Below are positions 37,501 through 50,200 of a stretch of 64,000 nt of DNA, piece after piece. The DNA lies in assembly GCF_037042905.1 (NCBI RefSeq), contig NC_087251.1, positions 38,876,001-38,940,000 of the forward strand. The letters run 5' to 3'. The DNA is from Lytechinus pictus. Its lineage: Eukaryota. Numbering within the stretch: the stretch's first letter is position 1; each line of letters starts with the position of its first letter. Both the position numbers and the translations under genes were made by a program. The notes beneath the pieces were generated by a model, which was not told the origin of the DNA, did not search any database, and saw only the letters and a list, made by a program, of their open reading frames with translations.

Positions 37501-40449
37501 CAGGGAGCGAAGACAGCTGATTTGGGGGGGTTTCGGGGGAAATATTGAACAAATATTATTTTGCTCAATTTTGGCCAATTTTGCCGAATTTTCCATGTCG
37601 CGGGTGGGGCAATGGGGTCGAAAATTCAAACTCCCTGGATCCTCTTGATTCTCGCTGTAATAATCGGTTAGGATGCTAAAACATCCTAAGGAGTGAAGAC
37701 GGCTGATTTGGGGGGGTTTCAGGGGAAATATTGAACAAATATTATTTTGCTCAATTTTGGCAAATTTTGCCCAATTTTCCATGTCGCGGTTGGGGCGAGG
37801 GGGTCGAAAATTCAAACTCCCTGGATCCTCTTGATTCTCACTGTAATAATCGGTTAGGATGCTAAAGCATCCCAGGGAGCAAAGACGGCTGATTTGGGGG
37901 GGTTTCGGGGGAAATATTGAATAAATATTATTTTGGTCAATTTTTCCAATTTTGCCCAATTTTCCATGTCGCGGTTGGGGCGAGGGGGTCGAAAATTCAA
38001 ACTCCCTGGATCCTCTTGATTCTCGCTGTAATAATCGGTTAGGATGCTAAAACATTCCAGGGAGCGAAGACGGCTGATTTGGGGGGGTTCTGGGGGAAAT
38101 ATTGAACAAATATTATTTTGCTCAATTTTGGCCAATTTTGCCCAATTTTCCATGTCGCGGGTGGGGCAATGGGGTCGAAAATTCAAACTCCCTGGATCCT
38201 CTTGATACTCGCTGTAATAATCAGTTAGGATGCTAAAACATCCCAGGGAGCAAAGACGGCTGATTTGGGGGGGTTTCGGGGGAAATATTGAACAAATATT
38301 ATTTTGGTCAATTTTTGCCAATTTTGCCCAATTTTCCATGTCGCGGTTGGGGCGAGGGGGTCGAAAATTCAAACTCCCTGGATCCTCTTGATTCTAGCTG
38401 TAATAATCGGTTAGGATGCTAAAACATTCCAGGGAGCGAAGACGGCTGATTTGGGGGGGTTCTGGGGGAAATATTGAACAAATATTATTTTGCTCAATTT
38501 TGGCCAATTTTGCCGAATTTTCCATGTCGCGGGTGGGGCAATGGGGTCGAAAATTCAAACTCCCTGGATCCTCTTGATTCTCGCTGTAATAATCAGTTAG
38601 GATGCTAAAACATTCCAGGGAGCGAAGACTGCTGATTTGGGGGGGTTCTGGGGGAAATATTGAACAAATATTATTTTGCTCAATTTTGGCAAATTTTGCC
38701 GAATTTTCCATGTCGCGGGTGGGGCAATGGGGTCGAAAATTCAAACTCTCTGGATCCTCTTGATTCTCGCTGTAATAATCGGTTAGGATGCTAAAACATC
38801 CTAAGGAGCAAGAAGGCTGATTTGGGGGGGTTTCAGGGGAAATATTGAACAAATATTATTTTGCTCAATTTTGGCCAATTTTGCCCAATTTTCCATGTCG
38901 CGGGTGGGGCGAGGGGGTCGAAAATTAAAACTCCCTGGATCCTCTTGATTCTAGCTGTAATAATCGGTTAGGATGCTAAAACATCCCAGGGAGCGAAGAC
39001 GGCTGATTTGGGGGGGTTTCGGGGGAAATATTGAACAAATATTATTTTGCTCAATTTTGGCCAATTTTGCCCAATTTTCCATGTCGCGGTGGGGCGAGAG
39101 GGTCGAAAATTCAAACTCCCTGGATCCTCTTGATTCTCGCTGTAATAATCGGTAAGGATGCTAAAACATCCCAGGGAGCAAAGACGGCTGATTTGGGGGG
39201 GTTTTGGGGGAAATATTGAACAAATATTATTTTGCTCAATTTTGGCCAATTTTGTCAAATTTTCCATGTCGCGGGTGGGGCGAGGGGGTCGAAAATTCAA
39301 ACTCCCTGGATCCTCTTGATTCTCGCTGTAATAATCGGTTAGGATGCTAAAACATCCCAGGGAGCAAAGACGGCTGATTTGGGGGGGTTTCGGGGGAAAT
39401 ATTGAACAAATATTATTTTGCTCAATTTTTACCAATTTTGCCCAATTTTCCATGTCGCGGTTGGGGCGAGGGGGTCGAAAATTCAAAGTCCCTGGATCTT
39501 CTTGATTCTCGCTGTAATAATCGGTTAGGATTCTAAAACATTCCAGGGAGCGAAGACAGCTGATTTGGGGGGGTTTCGGGGGAAATATTGAACAAATATT
39601 ATTTTGCTCAATTTTGGCCAATTTTGCCGAATTTTCCACGTCGCGGGTGGGGCAATGGGGTCGAAAATTTAAACTCCCTGGATCCTCTTGATTCTCGCTG
39701 TAATAATCGGTTAGGATGCTAAAACATCCTAAGGAGCAAAGACGGCTGATTTGGGGGGGTTTCAGGGGAAATATTGAACAAATATTATTTTGCTCAATTT
39801 TGGCAAATTTTCCCAATTTTCCATGTCGCGGGTGGGGCGAGGGGGTCGAAAATTAAAACTCCCTGGAACCTCTTGATTCTCGCTGTAATAATCGATTAGG
39901 ATGCTAAAACATCCCAGGGAGCAAAGACGGCTGATTTGGGGGGATTTCGGGGGAAATATTGAACAAATATTATTTTGCTCAATTTTGGCCAATTTTGCCC
40001 AATTTTCCATGTCGCGGGTGGGGCGAGGGGGTCGAAAATTCAAACTCCCTGGATCCTCTTGATTCTTGCTGTAATAATCGGTTAGGATGCTAAAACATCC
40101 CAGGGAGCGAAGACGGCTGATTTAGGGGGGTTTCGGGGGAAATATTGAACAAATATTATTTTGCTCAATTTTGGCCAATTTTGCCCAATTTTCCATGTCG
40201 CGGGTGGGGCGAGGGGGTCGAAAATTCAAACTCCCTGGATCCTCTTGATTCTCGCTGTAATAATCGGTTAGGATGCTAAAACATCCCAGGGAGCAAAGAC
40301 GGCTGATTTGGGGGGGTTTCGGGGGAAATATTGAACAAATATTATTTTGCTCAATTTTGGCCAATTTTGTCAAATTTTCCATGTCGCGGGTGGGGCGAGG
40401 GGGTCGAAAATTCAAACTCCCTGGATCCTCTTGATTCTCGCTGTAATAA

Positions 40450-43400
40450 TCGGTTAGGATGCTAAAACATCCCAGGGAGCAAAGACGGCTGATTTGGGGG
40501 GGTTTCGGGGGAAATATTGAACAAATATTATTTTGCTCAATTTTGCCAAATTTTCCATGTCGTGGTTGGGGCGAGGGGGTCGAAAATTCAAAGTCCCTGG
40601 ATCTTCTTGATTCTCGCTGTAATAATCGGTTAGGATGCTAAAACATTCCAGGGAGCGAAGACAGCTGATTTGGGGGGGTTTCGGGGGAAATATTGAACAA
40701 ATATTATTTTGCTCAATTTTGGCCAATTTTGCCGAATTTTCCATGTCGCGGGTGGGGCAATGGGGTCGAAAATTCAAACTCCCTGGATCCTCTTGATTCT
40801 CGCTGTAATAATCGGTTAGGATGCTAAAACATCCTATGGAGCGAAGACGGCTGATTTGGGGGGGTTTCAGTGGAAATATTGAACAAATATTATTTTGCTC
40901 AATTTTGGCAAATTTTCCCAATTTTCCATGTCGCGGGTGGGGCGAGGGGGTCCAAAATTAAAACTCCCTGGATCCTCTTGATTCTCGCTGTAATAATCAC
41001 TTAGGATGCTAAAACATCCCAGGGAGCGAAGACGGCTGATTTTGGGGGGTTTCGGGGAAAATATTGAACAAATATTATTTTGCTCAATTTTGCCCAATTT
41101 TCCATGTCGCGGTGGGGCGAGGGGGTCGAAAATTCAAACTCCCTGGATCCTCTTGATTCTCGCTGTAATAATCGGTTAGGATGCTAAAACATCCCAGGGA
41201 GCAAAGACGGCTGATTTGGGGGGGTTTCGGGGGAAATATTGAACAAATATTATTTTGCTCAATTTTGGCCAATTTTGCCCAATTTTCCATGTCGCGGGTG
41301 GGGCGAGGGGGTCGAAAATTCAAACTCCCTGGATCCTCTTGATTCTTGCTGTAATAATCGGTTAGGATGCTAAAACATCCCAGGGAGCGAAGACGGCTGA
41401 TTTAGGGGGGTTTCGGGGGAAATATTGAACAAATATTATTTTGCTCAATTTTGGCCAATTTTGCCCAATTTTCCATGTCGCGGGTGGGGCGAGGGGGTCG
41501 AAAATTCAAACTCCCTGAATCCTCTTGATTCTCGCTGTAATAATCGATTAGGATGCTAAAACATCCCAGGGAGCGAAGACGGCTGATTTGGGGGGGTTTC
41601 GGGGGAAATATTGAACAAATATTATTTTGCTCAATTTTTGCCAATTTTGCCCAATTTTCCATGTCGCGGGTGGGGCGAGGGGGTCATAATTCAAACTCCC
41701 TGGATCCTCTTGATTCTTGCTGTAATAATCGGTTAGGATGCTAAAACATCCCAGGGAGCGAAGACTGCTGATTTAGGGGGGTTTCGGGGGAAATATTGAA
41801 CAAATATTATTTTGGTCAATTTTTGCCAATTTTGCCCAATTTTTCATGTCGCGGGTGGGGCGAGGGGGTCGAAAATTCAAACTCCCTGGATCCTCTTGAT
41901 TCTCGCTGTAATAATCGGTTAGGATGCTAAAACATCCCAGGGAGCAAAGACGGCTGATTTGGGGGGGTTTCGGGGGAAATATTGAACAAATATTATTTTG
42001 CTCAATTTTGGCCAATTTTGTCAAATTTTCCATGTCGCGGGTGGGGCGAGGGGGTCGAAAATTCAAACTCCCTGGATCCTCTTGATTCTCGCTGTAATAA
42101 TCGGTTAGGATGCTAAAACATCCCAGGGAGCAAAGACGGCTGATTTGGGGGGGTTTCGGGGGAAATATTGAACAAATATTATTTTGCTCAATTTTTACCA
42201 ATTTTGCCCAATTTTCCATGTCGCGGTTGGGGCGAGGGGGTCGAAAATTCAAACTCCCTGGATCCTCTTGATTCTCGCTGTAATAATCGGTTAGGATGCT
42301 AAAACATCCCAGGGAGCAAAGACGGCTGATTTGGGGGGGTTTCGGGGGAAATATTGAACAAATATTATTTTGCTCAATTTTGCCAAATTTTCCATGTCGC
42401 GGTTGGGGCGAGGGGGTCGAAAATTCAAAGTCCCTGGATCTTCTTGATTCTCGCTGTAATAATCGGTTAGGATGCTAAAACATTCCAGGGAGCGAAGACA
42501 GCTGATTTGGGGGGGTTTCGGGGGAAATATTGAACAAATATTATTTTGCTCAATTTTGGCCAATTTTGCCGAATTTTCCATGTCGCGGGTGGGGCAATGG
42601 GGTCGAAAATTCAAACTCCCTGGATCCTCTTGATTCTCGCTGTAATAATCGGTTAGGATGCTAAAACATCCTAAGGAGCGAAGACGGCTGATTTGGGGGG
42701 GTTTCAGGGGAAATATTGAACAAATATTATTTTGCTCAATTTTGGCAAATTTTCCCAATTTTCCATGTCGCGGGTGGGGCGAGGGGGTCGAAAATTAAAA
42801 CTCCCTGGATCCTCTTGATTCTCGCTGTAATAATCACTTAGGATGCTAAAACATCCCAGGGAGCGAAGACGGCTGATTTTGGGGGGTTTCGGGGAAAATA
42901 TTGAACAAATATTATTTTGCTCAATTTTGCCCAATTTTCCATGTCGCGGTGGGGCGAGGGGGTCGAAAATTCAAACTCCCTGGATCCTCTTGATTCTCGC
43001 TGTAATAATCGGTTAGGATGCTAAAACATCCCAGGGAGCAAAGACGGCTGATTTGGGGGGTTTCGGGGGAAATATTGAACAAATATTATTTTGCTCAATT
43101 TTGGCCAATTTTGCCCAATTTTCCATGTCGCGGGTGGGGCGAGGGGGTCGAAAATTCAAACTCCCTGGATCCTCTTGATTCTTGCTGTAATAATCGGTTA
43201 GGATGCTAAAACATCCCAGGGAGCGAAGACGGCTGATTTAGGGGGGTTTCGGGTGAAATATTGAACAAATATTATTTTGCTCAATTTTGGCCAATTTTGC
43301 CCAATTTTCCATGTCGCGGGTGGGGCGAGGGGGTCGAAAATTCAATCTCCCTGGATCCTCTTGATTCTCGCTGTAATAATCGATTAGGATGCTAAAACAT

Positions 43401-46000
43401 CCCATGGAGCGAAGACGGCTGATTTGGGGGGGTTTCGGGGGAAATATTGAACAAATATTATTTTGCTCAATTTTGGCCAATTTTGCCCAATTTTCCATGT
43501 CGCGGGTGGGGCAAGGGGGTCGAAAATTCAAACTCCCTGGATCCTCTTGATTCTTGCTGTAATAATCGGTTAGGATGCTAAAACATCCCAGGGAGCGAAG
43601 ACGGCTGATTTAGGGGGGTTTCGGGGGAAATATTGAACAAATATTATTTTGGTCAATTTTGGCCAATTTTGCCCAATTTTCCATGTCGCGGTTGGGGCGA
43701 GGGGGTCGAAAATTCAAACTCCCTGGATCTTCTTGATTCTCGCTGTAATAATCGGTTAGGATGCTAAAACATCCCAGGGAGCAAAGACGGCTGATTTGGG
43801 GGGGTTTCTGGGGAAATATTGAACAAATATTATTTTGCTCAATTTTGGCCAATTTTGTCAAATTTTCCATGTCGCGGGTGGGGCGAGGGGGTCGAAAATT
43901 CAAACTCCCTGGATCCTCTTGATTCTCGCTGTAATAATCGGTTAGGATGCTAAAACATCCCAGGGAGCAAAGACGGCTGATTTGGGGGGGTTTCGGGGGA
44001 AATATTGAACAAATATTATTTTGCTCAATTTTGCCCAATTTTCCATGTCGCGGTTGGGGCGAGGGGGTCGAAAATTCAAAGTCCCTGGATCTTCTTGATT
44101 CTCGCTGTAATAATCGGTTAGGATGCTAAAACATTCCAGGGAGCGAAGACAGCTGATTTGGGGGGGTTTCGGGGGAAATATTGAACAAATATTATTTTGC
44201 TCAATTTTGGCCAATTTTGCCGAATTTTCCATGTCGCGGGTGGGGCAATGGGGTCGAAAATTCAAACTCCCTGGATCCTCTTGATTCTCGCTGTAATAAT
44301 CGGTTAGGATGCTAAAACATCCTAAGGAGTGAAGACGGCTGATTTGGGGGGGTTTCAGGGGAAATATTGAACAAATATTATTTTGCTCAATTTTGGCAAA
44401 TTTTGCCGAATTTTCCATGTCGCGGGTGGGGCAATGGGGTCGAAAATTCAAACTCCCTGGATCCTCTTGATTCTCGCTATAATAGTCGGTTAGGATGCTA
44501 AAACATCCTAAGGAGCGAAGACGGCTGATTTGGGGGGGTTTCAGGGGAAATATTGAACAAATATTATTTTGCTCAATTTTGGCAAATTTTCCCAATTTTC
44601 CATGTCGCGGGTGGGGCGAGGGGGTCGAAAATTAAAACTCCCTGGATCCTCTTGATTCTCGCTGTAATAATCACTTAGGATGCTAAAACATCCCAGGGAG
44701 CGAAGACGGCTGATTTTGGGGGGTTTCGGGGAAAATATTGAACAAATATTATTTTGCTCAATTTTGCCCAATTTTCCATGTCGCGGTGGGGCGAGGGGGT
44801 CGAAAATTCAAACTCCCTGGATCCTCTTGATTCTCGCTGTAATAATCGGTTAGGATGCTAAAACATCCCAGGGAGCAAAGACGGCTGATTTGGGGGGTTT
44901 CGGGGGAAATATTGAACAAATATTATTTTGCTCAATTTTGGCCAATTTTGCCCAATTTTCCATGTCGCGGGTGGGGCGAGGGGGTCGAAAATTCAAACTC
45001 CCTGGATCCTCTTGATTCTTGCTGTAATAATCGGTTAGGATGCTAAAACATCCCAGGGAGCGAAGACGGCTGATTTAGGGGGGTTTCGGGTGAAATATTG
45101 AACAAATATTATTTTGCTCAATTTTGGCCAATTTTGCCCAATTTTCCATGTCGCGGGTGGGGCGAGGGGGTCGAAAATTCAATCTCCCTGGATCCTCTTG
45201 ATTCTCGCTGTAATAATCGATTAGGATGCTAAAACATCCCATGGAGCGAAGACGGCTGATTTGGGGGGGTTTCGGGGGAAATATTGAACAAATATTATTT
45301 TGCTCAATTTTGGCCAATTTTGCCCAATTTTCCATGTCGCGGGTGGGGCGAGGGGGTCGAAAATTCAAACTCCCTGGATCCTCTTGATTCTTGCTGTAAT
45401 AATCGGTTAGGATGCTAAAACATCCCAGGGAGCGAAGACGGCTGATTTAGGGGGGTTTCGGGGGAAATATTGAACAAATATTATTTTGGTCAATTTTGGC
45501 CAATTTTGCCCAATTTTCCATGTCGCGGTTGGGGCGAGGGGGTCGAAAATTCAAACTCCCTGGATCTTCTTGATTCTCGCTGTAATAATCGGTTAGGATG
45601 CTAAAACATCCCAGGGAGCAAAGACGGCTGATTTGGGGGGGTTTCGGGGGAAATATTGAACAAATATTATTTTGCTCAATTTTGGCCAATTTTGTCAAAT
45701 TTTCCATGTCGCGGGTGGGGCGAGGGGGTCGAAAATTCAAACTCCCTGGATCCTCTTGATTCTCGCTGTAATAATCGGTTAGGATGCTAAAACATCCCAG
45801 GGAGCAAAGACGGCTGATTTGGGGGGGTTTCGGGGGAAATATTGAACAAATATTATTTTGCTCAATTTTGCCCAATTTTCCATGTCGCGGTTGGGGCGAG
45901 GGGGTCGAAAATTCAAAGTCCCTGGATCTTCTTGATTCTCGCTGTAATAATCGATTAGGATGCTAAAACATTCCAGGGAGCGAAGACAGCTGATTTGGGG
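40450..46000. repeat. 10-monomer (1837 bp) periodic region, related to 35650-37750
   Basis: ORF offsets 40454/42291, 40867/42704/44541, 43018/44855, 43238/45075 and 43610/45447 are all 1837. The offset for 35655/42291 and neighbouring pairs is 6636. Marker ATCACTTAGG. Confidence 0.88.
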
Positions 46001-47349
46001 GGGTTTCGGGGGAAATATTGAACAAATATTATTTTGCTCAATTTTGGCAAATTTTGCCCAATTTTCCATGTCGCGGTTGGGGCGAGGGGGTCGAAAATTC
46101 AAACTCCCTGGATCCTCTTGATTCTCACTGTAATAATCGGTTAGGATGCTAAAGCATCCCAGGGAGCAAAGACGGCTGATTTGGGGGGGTTTCGGGGGAA
46201 ATATTGAATAAATATTATTTTGGTCAATTTTTCCAATTTTGCCCAATTTTCCATGTCGCGGTTGGGGCGAGGGGGTCGAAAATTCAAACTCCCTGGATCC
46301 TCTTGATTCTCGCTGTAATAATCGGTTAGGATGCTAAAACATTCCAGGGAGCGAAGACGGCTGATTTGGGGGGGTTCTGGGGGAAATATTGAACAAATAT
46401 TATTTTGCTCAATTTTGGCCAATTTTGCCCAATTTTCCATGTCGCGGGTGGGGCAATGGGGTCGAAAATTCAAACTCCCTGGATCCTCTTGATTCTCGCT
46501 GTAATAATCAGTTAGGATGCTAAAACATCCCAGGGAGCAAAGACGGCTGATTTGGGGGGGTTTCGGGGGAAATATTGAACAAATATTATTTTGGTCAATT
46601 TTTGCCAATTTTGCCCAATTTTCCATGTCGCGGTTGGGGCGAGGGGGTCGAAAATTCAAACTCCCTGGATCCTCTTGATTCTCGCTGTAATAATCGGTTA
46701 GGATGCTAAAACATTCCAGGGAGCGAAGACGGCTGATTTGGGGGGGTTCTGGGGGAAATATTGAACAAATATTATTTTGCTCAATTTTGGCCAATTTTGC
46801 CGAATTTTCCATGTCGCGGGTGGGGCAATGGGGTCGAAAATTCAAACTCCCTGGATCCTCTTGATTCTCGCTGTAATAATCAGTTAGGATGCTAAAACAT
46901 TCCAGGGAGCGAAGACTGCTGATTTGGGGGGGTTCTGGGGGAAATATTGAACAAATATTATTTTGCTCAATTTTGGCAAATTTTGCCGAATTTTCCATGT
47001 CGCGGGTGGGGCAATGGGGTCGAAAATTCAAACTCTCTGGATCCTCTTGATTCTCGCTGTAATAATCGGTTAGGATGCTAAAACATCCTAAGGAGCAAGA
47101 AGGCTGATTTGGGGGGGTTTCAGGGGAAATATTGAACAAATATTATTTTGCTCAATTTTGGCCAATTTTGCCCAATTTTCCATGTCGCGGGTGGGGCGAG
47201 GGGGTCGAAAATTAAAACTCCCTGGATCCTCTTGATTCTAGCTGTAATAATCGGTTAGGATGCTAAAACATCCCAGGGAGCGAAGACGGCTGATTTGGGG
47301 GGGTTTCGGGGGAAATATTGAACAAATATTATTTTGCTCAATTTTGGCC

Positions 47350-50200
47350 AATTTTGCCCAATTTTCCATGTCGCGGTGGGGCGAGAGGGTCGAAAATTCT
47401 AACTCCCTGGATCCTCTTGATTCTCGCTGTAATAATCGGTAAGGATGCTAAAACATCCCAGGGAGCAAAGACGGCTGATTTGGGGGGGTTTTGGGGGAAA
47501 TATTGAACAAATATTATTTTGGTCAATTTTTGCCAATTTTGCCCAATTTTCCATGTCGCGGTTGGGGCGAGGGGGTCGAAAATTCAAACTCCCTGGATCC
47601 TCTTGATTCTCGCTGTAATAATCGGTTAGGATGCTAAAACATTCCAGGGAGTGAAGACGGCTGATTTGGGGGGGTTCTGGGGGAAATATTGAACAAATAT
47701 TATTTTGCTCAATTTTGGCAAATTTTCCCGAATTTTCCATGTCGCGGGTAGGGCAATGGGCTCGAAAATTCAAACTCCCTGGATCCTCTTGATTCTCGCT
47801 GTAATAATCGGTTAGGATGCTAAAACATCCCAGGGAGCGAAGACGGCTGATTTAGGGGGGTTTCGGGGGAAATATTGAACAAATACTATTTTGCTCAATT
47901 TTGGCCAATTTTGCCAAATTTTCCATGTCGCGGGTGGGGCGAGGGGGTCAAAAATTCAAACTCCCTGGATCTTCTTGATTCTCGCTGTAATAATCGGTTA
48001 GGATGCTAAAACATTCCAGGGAGCGAAGACAGCTGATTTGGGGGGGTTTCGGGGGAAATATTGAACAAATATTATTTTGCTCAATTTTGGCCAATTTTGC
48101 CGAATTTTCCATGTCGCGGGTGGGGCAATGGGGTCGAAAATTCAAACTCCCTGGATCCTCTTGATTCTCGCTGTAATAATCAGTTAGGATGCTAAAACAT
48201 CCTAAGGAGCGAAGACGGCTCATTTGGGGGGGTTTCAGGGGAAATATTGAACAAATATTATTTTGCTCAATTTTGGCCAATTTTGCCCAATTTTCCATGT
48301 CGCAGGTGGGGCGAGGGGGTCGAAAATTAAAACTCCCTGGATCCTCTTGATTCTCGCTGTAATAATCGGTTAGGATGCTAAAACATCCCAGGGAGCGAAG
48401 ACGGCTGATTTGGGGGGGTTTCGGGGAAAATATTGAACAAATATTATTTTGCTCAATTTTGGCCAATTTTGCCCAATTTTCCAAATCGCGGTGGGGCGAG
48501 GGGGTAGAAAATTCAAACTCCCTGGATCCTCTTGATTCTCGCTGTAATAATCGGTTAGGATGCTAGAACATTCCAGGGAGTGAAGACGGCTGATTTGGGG
48601 GGGTTTCGGGGGAAATATTGAACAAATATTATTTTTCTCAATTTTGGCCAATTTTGGCCAATTTTCCATGTCGCAGGTGGGGCGAGGGGGTCAAAAATTC
48701 AAACTCCCTGGATCCTCTTGATTCTCGCTGTAATAATCGGTTAGGATGCTAAAACATTCCAGGGAGTAATGACGGCTGATTTGGGGGGGTTCTGGGGGAA
48801 ATATTGAACAAATATTATTTTGCTCAATTTTGGCCAATTCTGCCAAATTTTCCATGTCGCGGTGGGGCGAGAGGGTCGAAAATTCAAACTCCCTGGATCC
48901 TCTTGATTCTCGCTGTAATAATCGGTAAGGATGCTAAAACATCCCAGGGAGCAAAGACGGCTGATTTGGGGGGGTTTTGGGGGAAATATTGAACAAATAT
49001 TATTTTGGTCAATTTTTGCCAATTTTGCCCAATTTTCCATGTCGCGGTTGGGGCGAGGGGGTCGAAAATTCAAACTCCCTGGATCCTCTTGATTCTCGCT
49101 GTAATAATCGGTTAGGATGCTAAAACATTCCAGGGAGTGAAGACGGCTGATTTGGGGGGGTTCTGGGGGAAATATTGAACAAATGTTATTTTGCTCAATT
49201 TTGGCAAATTTTCCCGAATTTTCCATGTCGCGGGTAGGGCAATGGGCTCGAAAATTCAAACTCCCTGGATCCTCTTGATTCTCGCTGTAATAATCGGTTA
49301 GGATGCTAAAACATCCCAGGGAGCGAAGACGGCTGATTTGGGGGGGTTTCGGGGGAAATATTGAACAAATACTATTTTGCTCAATTTTGGCCAATTTTGC
49401 CAAATTTTCCATGTCGCGGGTGGGGCGAGGGGGTCAAAAATTCAAACTCCCTGGATCTTCTTGATTCTCGCTGTAATAATCGGTTAGGATGCTAAAACAT
49501 TCCAGGGAGCGAAGACAGCTGATTTGGGGGGGTTTCGGGGGAAATATTGAACAAATATTATTTTGCTCAATTTTGGCCAATTTTGCCGAATTTTCCATGT
49601 CGCGGGTGGGGCAATGGGGTCGAAAATTCAAACTCCCTGGATCCTCTTGATTCTCGCTGTAATAATCGGTTAGGATGCTAAAACATCCTAAGGAGCGAAG
49701 ACGGCTCATTTGGGGGGGTTTCAGGGGAAATATTGAACAAATATTATTTTGCTCAATTTTGGCCAATTTTGCCCAATTTTCCATGTCGCAGGTGGGGCGA
49801 GGGGGTCGAAAATTAAAACTCCCTGGATCCTCTTGATTCTCGCTGTAATAATCGGTTAGGATGCTAAAACATCCCAGGGAGCGAAGACGGCTGATTTGGG
49901 GGGGTTTTGGGGGAAATATTGAACAAATATTATTTTGCTCAATTTTGGCCAATTTTGCCCAATTTTCCATGTCGCGGTGGGGCGAGGGGGTCGAAAATTC
50001 AAACTCCTTGGATCCTCTTGATTCTCGCTGTAATAATCGGTAAGGATGCTAGAACATTCCAGGGAGTGAAGACGGCTGATTTGGGGGGGTTTCGGGGGAA
50101 ATATTGAACAAATATTATTTTTCTCAATTTTGGCCAATTTTGCCCAATTTTCCATGTCGCAGGTGGGGCGAGGGGGTCAAAAATTCAAACTCCCTGGATC
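47350..50200. repeat. 8-monomer higher-order tandem duplication (1486-bp offset)
   Basis: ORF pairs 47948/49434 and 48370/49856. Markers GGTAGGGCAATGGGCTC, AATACTATT and GCTAGAAC each occur twice. Confidence 0.85.

Noticed and set aside
15170..46000. Identical 1837-bp period in two distant regions as evidence of one global 10-mer HOR
   Set aside because: The 15-19 kb and 40-46 kb 10-mers carry different diagnostic variants and monomer orders. The equal length is explained by similar numbers of 10-bp and 1-bp deletions.
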